NCBI GenBank assembly: GCA_049695995.1
Contig: JBAVTF010000085.1
Span: forward strand, 2,205 to 66,204
Source of the DNA: Pirellulales bacterium
GTDB taxonomy: Bacteria; Planctomycetota; Planctomycetia; Pirellulales; UBA1268
Direction of reading: 5' to 3'
DNA length: 64,000 nt
Position numbers and translations under genes: made by a program. Below the pieces are notes generated by a model. The model searched no databases. It saw only the letters and a program-made list of their open reading frames with translations, and was not told the origin of the DNA. Of this stretch, positions 46,901-55,445 are shown one piece after another. Position 1 is the first letter of the stretch, and each line of letters starts with the position of its first letter.

Positions 46901-48109
46901 ATGTCCAGTCATGCCGCCACGCTTGCCGATCTCGTCAGGCGCCCCAGCGTCAATCCGATGGGCCGCGATGTCTCCGGGCCCGAGTACCTCGAGGCCAGGG
47001 TGGGCGAATATCTCGTGCAACGGTTCACTGCCGCCGGCCTGCCCTGGGCACGACAGCCGGTGGCCCCTGGTCGCGACAACGTGATCGTGCGGCTGGAGGC
47101 GACCGTCCCGGGATCGCCCGTGCTCCTGTGGGATGCCCATCAAGATACGGTGCCGGCCGAGGGGATGACGATCGAGCCTTTCGCGCCGCTCGTGCGTGAC
47201 GGCCGCCTCTATGGCCGCGGCGCCTGCGACGTGAAGGGTGGTATGGCCGCGATGCTCGTGGCACTCGACCGGCTGGCGGCCCTGGATGCCCCGCGTAAGG
47301 CGACGGTCGTCTTCGCGGCAACGGTGAACGAAGAGTTCGGGTTTACCGGGGCCAAGGCCTTGGCACGCTTGTGGAGCGACGCGCCGGAGCCCGTTGATGC
47401 CGCAGCGCGGGGGCTGCTTTCCGTTCGGCCGACGGCAGCGATCGTGGCTGAGCCCACCGGGCTTGATCTCGTCACGCAGCACAAGGGCGCCGTCCGCTGG
47501 CGGGTCCGCATCCACGGCCGCGCCTGCCACAGTGCGTTTCCTGAGCGCGGCGAGAATGCGATCTACCATGCGGGCCGCGCCATTCTCGCCTTGGAATCAC
47601 TGGCTACAGAGCTGCTCACGCGGCATCCCGACCATCCCTGCGGGCCGCCGACACTCAACCTGGGAACCGTGCGCGGTGGCAGCGGCGTGAATCTCGTCCC
47701 GGAACTCGCCGTGCTCGAGATCGACCGTCGGCTCATTCCCGGCGAGTCGCCGCAGGCGGCCCGTGACGAGGTGATCGCCCGGGTCGCAGCGGCATGCGTC
47801 GGGGCTCGGGTCGAGCACGATCCGCCGTTCCTCGAGAGTGCTGGCCTGCCCGATGACACCCGCGCGGGAGCCGCGAAGCCCTGGATGGATCGGCTCGAAT
47901 CCGCTGCCCGGGCACGGGGATACCACGGCTATCGCACGGCGGCCCGCTACGGCACCAACGCGAGCATCTACGCTGCGGCGGGCGTGCCTGCGGCCGTGTT
48001 CGGACCGGGCTCGATCGAGCAGGCGCACACCGCCGACGAGTGGATCGAACTCGCGCAGGTCGATGCCGCGGCCGACGCGCTGGCCAGCGTCGTGAACGGG
48101 GCGGCATGA
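46901..48109 (+). CDS. M20-family peptidase/deacylase (ArgE/DapE-like)
   Basis: Contains WDAHQDTVP, GRGACDVKGG and NEEFGFTG blocks. The ATG is at 46901. Confidence 0.8.
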   Translation: MSSHAATLADLVRRPSVNPMGRDVSGPEYLEARVGEYLVQRFTAAGLPWARQPVAPGRDNVIVRLEATVPGSPVLLWDAHQDTVPAEGMTIEPFAPLVRDGRLYGRGACDVKGGMAAMLVALDRLAALDAPRKATVVFAATVNEEFGFTGAKALARLWSDAPEPVDAAARGLLSVRPTAAIVAEPTGLDLVTQHKGAVRWRVRIHGRACHSAFPERGENAIYHAGRAILALESLATELLTRHPDHPCGPPTLNLGTVRGGSGVNLVPELAVLEIDRRLIPGESPQAARDEVIARVAAACVGARVEHDPPFLESAGLPDDTRAGAAKPWMDRLESAARARGYHGYRTAARYGTNASIYAAAGVPAAVFGPGSIEQAHTADEWIELAQVDAAADALASVVNGAA

Positions 48110-48203
48110 CCGGCGTTTTCGTCAAGGTCTGACGCTCAGGACGCCGATACCACGATTGGGGTTCGGTATCAGGCGGCAAGAGACCGCGCGGCGGGGGCCA
48201 GCG

Positions 48204-48812
48204 ATGATCTGCCATCGCCAGCGCATTGTGTTCGTCCATCTCCGCCGGACGGCCGGGAATTCGATCGAAGCGGCGCTCGGCGGAATCGTGCTCTTCGACC
48301 GGTGGTTTCGCCGGACCGATGTCTGGGACAACCAACTCCACCGCGGTCGGTCGTGGCACAAGCGCGATCGTCGCGGGCATCGCATTCACGCGACGGCCGC
48401 CGAGATCCAGACGCTCTACCCACGGGAGTTCACTCGCTACTTCCGGTTTGCGTTCGTGCGGAACCCGTGGGAGCAGATGGCCTCGCTTTACCTCAGGCTC
48501 CACCCGGGCGACCCGCGCGGTGCTGGATTCGGCGCGTGGCTCAAGCGTTTTGATCTGGAACGAGGCACGGTGCCGCAGGCTAGCCTGTTCGCCGCCGACG
48601 GCAGCTGCCTCGTCGATTTCATCGGCCGCTTCGAGCAGCTGCAGCATGACTTCGATGCCGCCTGCGATCTCGCCGGCATCCCCCGCCGGCAGCTGCCCCG
48701 CACCAACGCTGCGGCCGGGTCGGCGGTAACCGAGATCTACGACCCCGCCTCGATCCGCATCGTCGAGCGGCTCTATGCCGACGACATCCAGCGGTTCGGC
48801 TATGCCGCGTGA
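48204..48812 (+). CDS. Sulfotransferase-family protein
   Basis: FVHLRRTAGNSI is a PAPS 5'-phosphosulfate loop-like motif. It also contains FAFVRNPWEQMASLY and the C-terminal YADDIQRFGY. Confidence 0.6.
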   Translation: MICHRQRIVFVHLRRTAGNSIEAALGGIVLFDRWFRRTDVWDNQLHRGRSWHKRDRRGHRIHATAAEIQTLYPREFTRYFRFAFVRNPWEQMASLYLRLHPGDPRGAGFGAWLKRFDLERGTVPQASLFAADGSCLVDFIGRFEQLQHDFDAACDLAGIPRRQLPRTNAAAGSAVTEIYDPASIRIVERLYADDIQRFGYAA

Positions 48813-48913
48813 CCGAACGAGCAGCCCGCCGTTCGGCGGCTGGACGCCGGCGTTGATCGCCCGATAATGCGGCGGCGGATGCACGACCGCCACACCCACG
48901 AGGAGCGCAGCAC

Positions 48914-50134
48914 ATGGCAGGCAAGATCAAGGTCAAGGGCCCGGTCGTCGACCTCGACGGCGACGAGATGACGCGGATCATCTGGCAGTTCATCAAGGAC
49001 AAGCTGATCCTGCCCTACCTCGATCTCGACATCCGCTATTACGACCTCTCGATCCAGAACCGCGACGCCACCGCCGACCAGGTGACCGTCGACGCGGCCA
49101 ACGCGATCAAGCAGTTCGGCGTGGGCGTGAAGTGCGCCACGATCACGCCCGACGAGGCGCGGGTGCAGGAGTTCGGGCTCAAGCAGATGTGGAAGAGCCC
49201 CAACGGCACGATCCGCAACATCCTCGGCGGTGTGATCTTCCGCGAGCCGATCATCATCAAGAACATCCCGCGGCTCGTGCCCGGCTGGACGAAGCCGATC
49301 GTCGTCGGCCGCCATGCGTTCGGTGATCAGTACCGCGCGACCGACACCCGGATCCCGGGGAAGGGTACGCTCACGCTCACGTTCACGCCGGCCGACGGTT
49401 CGAAGCCGATGGAGTTCAAGGTCTTCGAGTTCCCCGGTCCCGGTGTGGCCATGGCGATGTACAACCTCGACGACTCGATCCGCGACTTCGCCCGGGCGAG
49501 CTTCCGCTACGGCCTCGCACGCAACTACCCGGTCTATCTCTCCACCAAGAACACGATCCTCAAGGCCTATGACGGCCGGTTCAAGGACATCTTCCAGGAG
49601 ATCTTCGACGCCGAGTTCAAGGCGGAGTTCGCCGCGAAGGGCATCACCTACGAGCACCGCCTGATCGACGACATGGTGGCCAGCGCCCTCAAATGGGAAG
49701 GGGGTTACGTCTGGGCCTGCAAGAACTATGACGGCGATGTGCAGAGCGACATCGTGGCCCAGGGCTTCGGCTCGCTCGGCCTGATGACGAGCGTGCTGAT
49801 GACGCCCGACGGCAAGACCGTGGAGGCCGAGGCGGCCCACGGCACGGTGACGCGGCATTATCGCCAGCACCAGCAAGGCAAGCCGACGAGCACCAACCCG
49901 ATCGCGTCGATCTTCGCCTGGACCCGCGGCCTCGCCCATCGTGGCAAGCTCGACGGCACGCCGGAGGTGACCCGGTTCGCGGAGACGCTCGAACGGGTCT
50001 GTGTCGAGACGGTGGAGGAAGGCAAGATGACGAAGGATCTCGCAATCCTCGTCGGCCCGAGCCAGCCGCACCTCGCGACGGAAGCGTTCCTCGCGGCGAT
50101 CGACGCCAATCTGAAAAAGGCAATGGCCGGCTGA
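48914..50134 (+). CDS. icd: NADP-dependent isocitrate dehydrogenase (eukaryote-like IDH1/2 type)
   Basis: Contains [42 protein letters not shown] and NYDGDVQSD. Length is 406 aa. Confidence 0.93.
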   Translation: MAGKIKVKGPVVDLDGDEMTRIIWQFIKDKLILPYLDLDIRYYDLSIQNRDATADQVTVDAANAIKQFGVGVKCATITPDEARVQEFGLKQMWKSPNGTIRNILGGVIFREPIIIKNIPRLVPGWTKPIVVGRHAFGDQYRATDTRIPGKGTLTLTFTPADGSKPMEFKVFEFPGPGVAMAMYNLDDSIRDFARASFRYGLARNYPVYLSTKNTILKAYDGRFKDIFQEIFDAEFKAEFAAKGITYEHRLIDDMVASALKWEGGYVWACKNYDGDVQSDIVAQGFGSLGLMTSVLMTPDGKTVEAEAAHGTVTRHYRQHQQGKPTSTNPIASIFAWTRGLAHRGKLDGTPEVTRFAETLERVCVETVEEGKMTKDLAILVGPSQPHLATEAFLAAIDANLKKAMAG

Positions 50135-50158
50135 GCGGTTCACAGAGGGGGGCAGATC

Positions 50159-51058
50159 ATGTCGCATGAATCCGCGGCCCGCAGGGGCATCATCCTCGCC
50201 GGCGGCTCCGGCACGCGGCTGCATCCCGCGACACTCGCCGTGTCGAAGCAACTGCTGCCGGTCTACGACAAGCCGATGATCTACTATCCGCTCAGCGTGC
50301 TCATGCTGGCGGGCGTGCGGGAGATCCTCGTCATCTCCACGCCACAGGACACGCCGAGGTTCAGCGGCCTGCTCGGCGACGGCAGCCAGTGGGGCATGAG
50401 CCTCTCCTATGCGGTGCAGCCGAAGCCGGAGGGCCTCGCCCAGGCCTTCCTCATCGGCGCTGACTTCGTGAGCGGCCGACCGTCGGTGCTCGTGCTCGGC
50501 GACAACATCTTCTACGGCCACGGCCTGGTGGAGCGGCTCGCGGCGGCGCGGGCCCGCACCCGCGGGGCAAGCGTGTTCGCCTATCCCGTCGCCGACCCGG
50601 AACGGTACGGCGTGGTCGAGTTCGACCGCGAGGGACGGGCGAAGAGCATCGAGGAGAAGCCGAAGGCGCCTCGGAGCCGCTACGCCGTGACCGGCCTCTA
50701 CTTCTACGACGAGCAGGTGGTCGACATCGCCCGCGCGGTGAAGCCGTCGCACCGCGGCGAACTCGAGATCACCGACGTGAATCGCACCTATCTGGAGCGG
50801 GGCGAACTGACGGTGGAGCTCCTCGGCCGTGGCGACGCCTGGCTCGACACCGGCACGCACGACAGCCTGATCGAGGCGGGGCAGTTCATCCAGTCGCTCG
50901 AAAAACGGCAGGGCCTCAAGATCTGCTGCCCCGAGGAGATCGCCTGGCGAAACGGCTGGATCGACTCGGCCCGCCTGGCTGCCCTCGCCGAACCGTTCCG
51001 CAAGAGCGGCTACGGCGAATACCTGCTCGCCATCATGCAGGACAGCGTGTTCTCGTGA
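50159..51058 (+). CDS. rfbA: Glucose-1-phosphate thymidylyltransferase
   Basis: Contains [33 protein letters not shown] and EITDVN. Confidence 0.93.
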   Translation: MSHESAARRGIILAGGSGTRLHPATLAVSKQLLPVYDKPMIYYPLSVLMLAGVREILVISTPQDTPRFSGLLGDGSQWGMSLSYAVQPKPEGLAQAFLIGADFVSGRPSVLVLGDNIFYGHGLVERLAAARARTRGASVFAYPVADPERYGVVEFDREGRAKSIEEKPKAPRSRYAVTGLYFYDEQVVDIARAVKPSHRGELEITDVNRTYLERGELTVELLGRGDAWLDTGTHDSLIEAGQFIQSLEKRQGLKICCPEEIAWRNGWIDSARLAALAEPFRKSGYGEYLLAIMQDSVFS

Positions 51059-51591
51059 TCGTCACCACGACCGACATCGACGGCGTGCTGATCCTGGCCC
51101 CCAAGGTCTTCGGTGATTCCCGCGGCTTTTTTTTCGAGAGCTTCAATCAGCGGGTGTTCGACGAGGCGGTCGGCAGGCCGGTGGCGTTCGTGCAGGACAA
51201 CCACAGCCGCAGCGGTCGCAACGTGCTCCGCGGTCTGCACTACCAGGTGGAGCGGCCGCAGGGAAAGCTCGTGCGGGTGGTGTCGGGCAGCGTGTTCGAC
51301 GTGGCCGTCGACATCCGCCGTGAGTCGCCCACCTTCGGCCGCTGGGTGGGCGTGGAGTTGTCGGCCGAGAACAAGCGGCAGCTCTGGATTCCGCCCGGCC
51401 TCGCCCACGGCTTCGTGGTCCGCAGCGAATCGGCCGACTTCCTCTACAAGACCACCGACTACTGGTTCCCGGAACACGAGCGGTGCATCCGCTGGGACGA
51501 CCCCGACCTCGCCATCGACTGGGGCCTCACCGAACCCCCGCTCGTCTCCACCAAAGACGCCGCCGGCACCCCGTTCGCTTCGCTCTCGTAG
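51055..51591 (+). CDS. rfbC: dTDP-4-dehydrorhamnose 3,5-epimerase
   Basis: Contains [32 protein letters not shown] and AHGF. Its start overlaps the rfbA stop. Confidence 0.92.
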   Translation: MIVTTTDIDGVLILAPKVFGDSRGFFFESFNQRVFDEAVGRPVAFVQDNHSRSGRNVLRGLHYQVERPQGKLVRVVSGSVFDVAVDIRRESPTFGRWVGVELSAENKRQLWIPPGLAHGFVVRSESADFLYKTTDYWFPEHERCIRWDDPDLAIDWGLTEPPLVSTKDAAGTPFASLS

Positions 51592-51605
51592 CTCGAGTCA
51601 CAGGG

Positions 51606-51695
51606 AGGCGAGGGGGTCGGTGCAAGCTCGAGGAGCATTTGGACCGAGTCTTCGAGGTCCCGCGACGAGACTTGTACCGCCCCCGAGCCGGCGAG
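51606..51695 (+). repeat. ~90-nt structured repeat, family C (copy 2)
   Basis: Matches 15800-15889 with 2 mismatches and starts 15 nt after the rfbC stop. The core (51602-51691) is flanked by the 8-nt direct repeat CGAGTCAC (51594-51601 and 51692-51699). Confidence 0.85.
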
Positions 51696-51717
51696 TCACC
51701 CGCTGTGGCGTGGGTTC

Positions 51718-51851
51718 GGGGCTGGCCATGCCCCGAGAGCCGGACGCTCGCTTCGGGCATCCCTGCCCTTCGCTCGCTCGATGGCGGCTGCGGTCTCGGC
51801 ATCCTGCCTTCGCTTGCCGCCAACGCCGGCTTCGGGGCAGTGGCCAGCCCC
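51718..51851 (+). repeat. 134-nt element with ~18-nt terminal inverted repeats, family E (copy 1; MITE-like or structured RNA)
   Basis: The ends are GGGGCTGGCCATGCCCCG...CGGGGCAGTGGCCAGCCCC. Internal blocks (GCCGGACGCTCGCT, CTTCGCTCGCTCGATGGCGGC, CATCCTGCC) are shared with the reverse complement of 59207-59339. Confidence 0.8.
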
Positions 51852-51871
51852 TCACGGCGTTTTGGTTCGCG

Positions 51872-51897
51872 CCGTAGTCCGCACACTCCGTGTGCGG
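51872..51897. repeat. Hairpin repeat family B (copy 3)
   Basis: The sequence ccgtagtccgcacactccgtgtgcgg is identical to 12106-12131. Confidence 0.75.
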
Positions 51898-51968
51898 CCC
51901 ACAGTCTGAATGCCGCAGGCCCGTCTACTCCGCCGCGGGTCGGTCTCCTGTGGCGTGGGTTTGGGTCT

Positions 51969-53831
51969 TCAGTTCGTCAGAAGCTTGCCTATTTCAGTGG
52001 CGAGGATGATGCCCACGCCCATGAGTGATTCGCCTGCAATCAGGCCGCTTGAAACGGGCACGGTGTAATCCTCGGCGGCTTTGGGGGCGGCTTTCGCTGC
52101 CAGCCAGGCGAGAAGGGCGCCGGCGAACATCGAGATGGCGTTGAATGCCGGGATCACGCCGGCGATGCCCAGGCCCGTCGTCGAGGGGAGCCAGGGTTTC
52201 CAGTGGGCGGGGCTGAACTCTTCCAGGAGCGTGAGCACGACACCGAGCAAGGCGCCGACCCCGATCGCCTCCATGGCCCCGGCCGGGAGCGCGTCGAATC
52301 CCTTGGCGAGCAGCAGGGCCACGCTTTCCCAGACCTTGGCCGAGGGGGCCGGCAGCGACTCGGAGCCGAGTCGTGACGGGTCGGACTGCACGACGAACAG
52401 GTAGGCGGGCACGGAGACGAGCGTGCCGGCGATGACGCCGAAGAACTGTGAGATCGTCTGCTTGCGCGGGTTGCCGCCGAGCAGATAGCCGCTCTTGAGA
52501 TCGGTGAGGAGATCGGCGGCGTGGGAGGCGGCGCCGGCGGTGATCGAGGCGGTCATCAGGTTCGTGGTGATGTTGCCGGGAGCAATGCCGCCGTAGATGA
52601 GTTGGGTGATTTTCCCCATGGCGCCGATCGGCGTGATGTCGGTCTCGCCAGTGGCCCGGGCGGCCACGATCGAGAGCAGGAACGTGACCAGCACGGCGAG
52701 GATGCCCATCCACCACGAGATGCCGAAGAGCCAGTGGCCGAGCACAACGCATGCGGTGCCGAAGACGAGCGAGCCCGCGATGAACCAGGAGGCTGGCACT
52801 TCGACGCGAGCCAACGGGTCGTCGGCCGCGGGGCGTGGGCCGCCGATGATCGCCGACAGCCCGCCGAAGGCCCGCAGGATCGTCCGCCACTTGAGGGCGA
52901 AGGAGAGCAGGCCCGACGTGACCATCATCGCCGTGGCCGGCCAGAGCACCCACGACACGATCCCGCGGTAGCCGGGGCCGACGATGCCCTGGGCGACGAG
53001 CGTCGGGCCGATGATGCCGTAGCAGATGAGCGAGCCGACGAGCATCGAGGCAGCCACCCGCATCCCCATGATCGCGCCGGCCGCCACCATGATCAGCGAG
53101 CCCTCGAAGCCGATGGTGTATTTCGTGAGCCAGTCGCGGGCTGCGGCCACTGGCAGCAGCGGGATCTCTGCGGGAAAGGCCCAGGCGGCGAGCCGTGTGA
53201 ACTGGGGCACGAGGTCGCGCCACAGGGCGACGAGACCGCCGCCGATGGCTGCCAGGAAGAGCGATCGGCCCTTGGCTGCCGCAGCGGCGGAGCCGGCGTG
53301 AAGGCTGCGGAGCGTCTCGGCGGTCGCGATGCCGGAGGGGAAGGGAAGCTGGTCGATGTTGATGAGCTGCCGTTTGAGCGGGATGGCGAGGCACACTCCG
53401 AGCAGGGACACGGCGCCGATCCAGAGCCCGACTTCCCAGCCGGTGAGCAGCCGGCCGGTGGTGAGCGTGAGCGCGGGGATCGCCGACACGAGGCCCGCGC
53501 TCGACATGTAGCCGGCGGCGCTGGCGGCGCTCGACATCGTGTAGTTTTCGAGCAGGCTGAACGGCCGGTCACGCCAGCCGGGCACGACCTGTTCGAGAAA
53601 CTTGAAGACGGCGTAGGCGATGATGCAGGCGGTGATCGTGACGCCGAGGCCCCAGCCGGTCTTGAGGCCGACGTAGAGATTCGAGATCGACATCACGCCG
53701 CCGATCACCATGCCGGTGATCACGGCCCGCGGCGTGAGCTGCACGGCGTGATCGCCGGCGTAGACGTTGTCGAGCCACCACCGCGCCGCCTCGCGGTCGT
53801 CGGTGAACGGCGGATGCTCGTGGGCATGCAT
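51969..53831 (-). CDS. OPT-family oligopeptide transporter
   Basis: This 620-aa polytopic protein has an N-terminal block LTPRAVITGMVIGGVMSISNLYVGLKTGWG that is characteristic of OPT-superfamily transporters. Confidence 0.8.
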   Translation of the reverse strand: MHAHEHPPFTDDREAARWWLDNVYAGDHAVQLTPRAVITGMVIGGVMSISNLYVGLKTGWGLGVTITACIIAYAVFKFLEQVVPGWRDRPFSLLENYTMSSAASAAGYMSSAGLVSAIPALTLTTGRLLTGWEVGLWIGAVSLLGVCLAIPLKRQLINIDQLPFPSGIATAETLRSLHAGSAAAAAKGRSLFLAAIGGGLVALWRDLVPQFTRLAAWAFPAEIPLLPVAAARDWLTKYTIGFEGSLIMVAAGAIMGMRVAASMLVGSLICYGIIGPTLVAQGIVGPGYRGIVSWVLWPATAMMVTSGLLSFALKWRTILRAFGGLSAIIGGPRPAADDPLARVEVPASWFIAGSLVFGTACVVLGHWLFGISWWMGILAVLVTFLLSIVAARATGETDITPIGAMGKITQLIYGGIAPGNITTNLMTASITAGAASHAADLLTDLKSGYLLGGNPRKQTISQFFGVIAGTLVSVPAYLFVVQSDPSRLGSESLPAPSAKVWESVALLLAKGFDALPAGAMEAIGVGALLGVVLTLLEEFSPAHWKPWLPSTTGLGIAGVIPAFNAISMFAGALLAWLAAKAAPKAAEDYTVPVSSGLIAGESLMGVGIILATEIGKLLTN

Positions 53832-53886
53832 GCCGCGGATTGTAGCCGGCTGTCGCGTCGGCCGGTCACTCCCCCGTAGCCCACAT

Positions 53887-54040
53887 ACAAGCCCTGAGCG
53901 CGAGCGAGGGGATCACGCGGCGGAAGCCGCGGAGGCATTGCCACAACTCCGGCGCCGCCGACGCTTCCGCATCGGGATCCCCCGGCTTGTGCCTGGGGGC
54001 TTTGATGAGAAAGGATCCCCCGGCTTGCGCCTGGGGGCTT
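53887..54040. repeat. Repeat family D cluster (one right-arm unit plus two tandem left-arm units)
   Basis: ACAAGCCCTGAGCGCGAGCGAGGGGATC lies at 53887-53914. GGATCCCCCGGCTTG(T/C)GCCTGGGGGCTT lies at 53975-54003 and 54013-54040. The same arms form a palindrome at 61701-61772. Confidence 0.75.
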
Positions 54041-54071
54041 GGATCAAGGTGCCCCCTGGGGGGCGGCGTCC

Positions 54072-54407
54072 TTAAAACACGTCGAGGTGGAAGTGGTGGC
54101 CGTGGTGGTACCGCCGCGACTTCGGGTAGTCGTTTTGCCACTGCCGGTTGTAGACCGGAATCCGCATCTCTTGCGGATAGCGGTAGTACAGATCATTCGC
54201 CGACTGCATGTAGCCGTCGGCGTAAAAGTTCTGCGGATACCACACGTATGGATAGTGGTAGAGCCGGTTCCAGTCGCTCTTGTTGTACGAATTGCCCCAC
54301 TGGTAGCCGTAGGCGTTTTGGCCCACGCCCTGCTGGGCAGCCGCATCGGCGGCAGAAAACAGGGCCACGGCGCACACAGCCACCGCGGCAACGAGATGCC
54401 GAGTCAT
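54072..54407 (-). CDS. Small secreted Tyr/Trp/His-rich protein
   Basis: The signal peptide is MTRHLVAAVAVCAVALFSAADAAAQ. The mature part reads YGYQWGNSYNKSDWNRLYHYPYVWYPQNFYADGY...RRYHHGHHFHLDVF. Confidence 0.55.
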   Translation of the reverse strand: MTRHLVAAVAVCAVALFSAADAAAQQGVGQNAYGYQWGNSYNKSDWNRLYHYPYVWYPQNFYADGYMQSANDLYYRYPQEMRIPVYNRQWQNDYPKSRRYHHGHHFHLDVF

Positions 54408-54514
54408 CGGATAGTCCCCCCTCGAGAAAACCGACAGTCGAGGGAATCATCGACGTCCGGCACGACCCGACTTGACGGAAAAACCGTCAGGACCGTCGCG
54501 GCGCGGCATCGGGC

Positions 54515-55315
54515 TCACGCCGGCTGGGGCTTCTGGCCAGGGAACCGGCCCTCAGCGAGTTCGCGGTCCCATTCTTCGATGAGCGGCCAGTGGGGGGCGC
54601 AGGTGCCGAAGTCGGCCAGCGTAAGATAGCCTTCAAGCCGGGCGATCGTGGCGTCGAGCAGCCGCCGGTCGTTGCGGAAGATCGGGCCGTGGCTGGGCAG
54701 GAGCCATTCCACGTCGCTCGCGGCAATTCGCCGCAGCGATGCGATGAACGCAGGAATGTCACTCCCATGATGGGCATCGATTGCGCCCACGGAGCCGTCG
54801 CGATAGATGTTGTCGCCGGAGAGCAGCAGGTTGCCAAGGCGGAAGGCGAGCTGGCTGTCGGTGTGGCCGGGCGTGTGCCAGACCTCGAGTCGCCGTGTGC
54901 CGATCTCGATCACGTCGCCATTGGCAACCATACGGTCGACCTTCACCGTCGGCATGTCCATGTGGACGTTTTGGGCCGCGATCTCGGCAAACGTTTTCAC
55001 GCGATCGCCTGACTCGAGCGACTCGACTGCCTTCGCATGGGCGAGCACCGGCGCCTTGAGGATCGATTTGGCCTTGGCGAGCCCCTGGATGTGATCGACG
55101 TCGGCGTGTGTCGCGACGAGCGCCCGGCACTGCGAGAGCGGAAAGTCCATCTGGCGGATCATTTCGACGATCTCGTCCACGCTCTCCTCGTAGCCGATGT
55201 CGATGAGCGCCCAGTCGCGGTCGTCGTAGACGAGATAGACGTTGCAGCCGATCCGCCAGCCGGCCTGGTGATTCATTTCGATCACACCGGGGAACACGGG
55301 GCGACGTTCGAGCAT
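54515..55315 (-). CDS. MBL-fold metallo-hydrolase
   Basis: [10 protein letters not shown] is an HxHxDH-type motif. Later HTPGHT and a DAHH-region His/Asp are present. The ATG is at 55315. Confidence 0.8.
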   Translation of the reverse strand: MLERRPVFPGVIEMNHQAGWRIGCNVYLVYDDRDWALIDIGYEESVDEIVEMIRQMDFPLSQCRALVATHADVDHIQGLAKAKSILKAPVLAHAKAVESLESGDRVKTFAEIAAQNVHMDMPTVKVDRMVANGDVIEIGTRRLEVWHTPGHTDSQLAFRLGNLLLSGDNIYRDGSVGAIDAHHGSDIPAFIASLRRIAASDVEWLLPSHGPIFRNDRRLLDATIARLEGYLTLADFGTCAPHWPLIEEWDRELAEGRFPGQKPQPA

Positions 55316-55445
55316 GGCTGGCGGTCCAGAAGCAGATAATTTGCGGGGAAATCGACCGGAAGCCACACTTGCCGAGGTTGGCGTGGCGTCGGCACTGACA
55401 CTCTGGGAAGTGTAAGCCGTCGGTCACACACCGGCAACGAACGCC

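Noticed and set aside
48800-50860. A 686-aa minus-strand ORF.
   Set aside because: It runs antisense across two unrelated, strongly supported genes (icd and rfbA) and the spacer between them. It has no recognisable domains and is a GC-driven shadow ORF.
53975-54040. A CRISPR-like pair of 29-nt direct repeats.
   Set aside because: There are only two copies, separated by 9 nt, and no cas genes. They belong to dispersed repeat family D.
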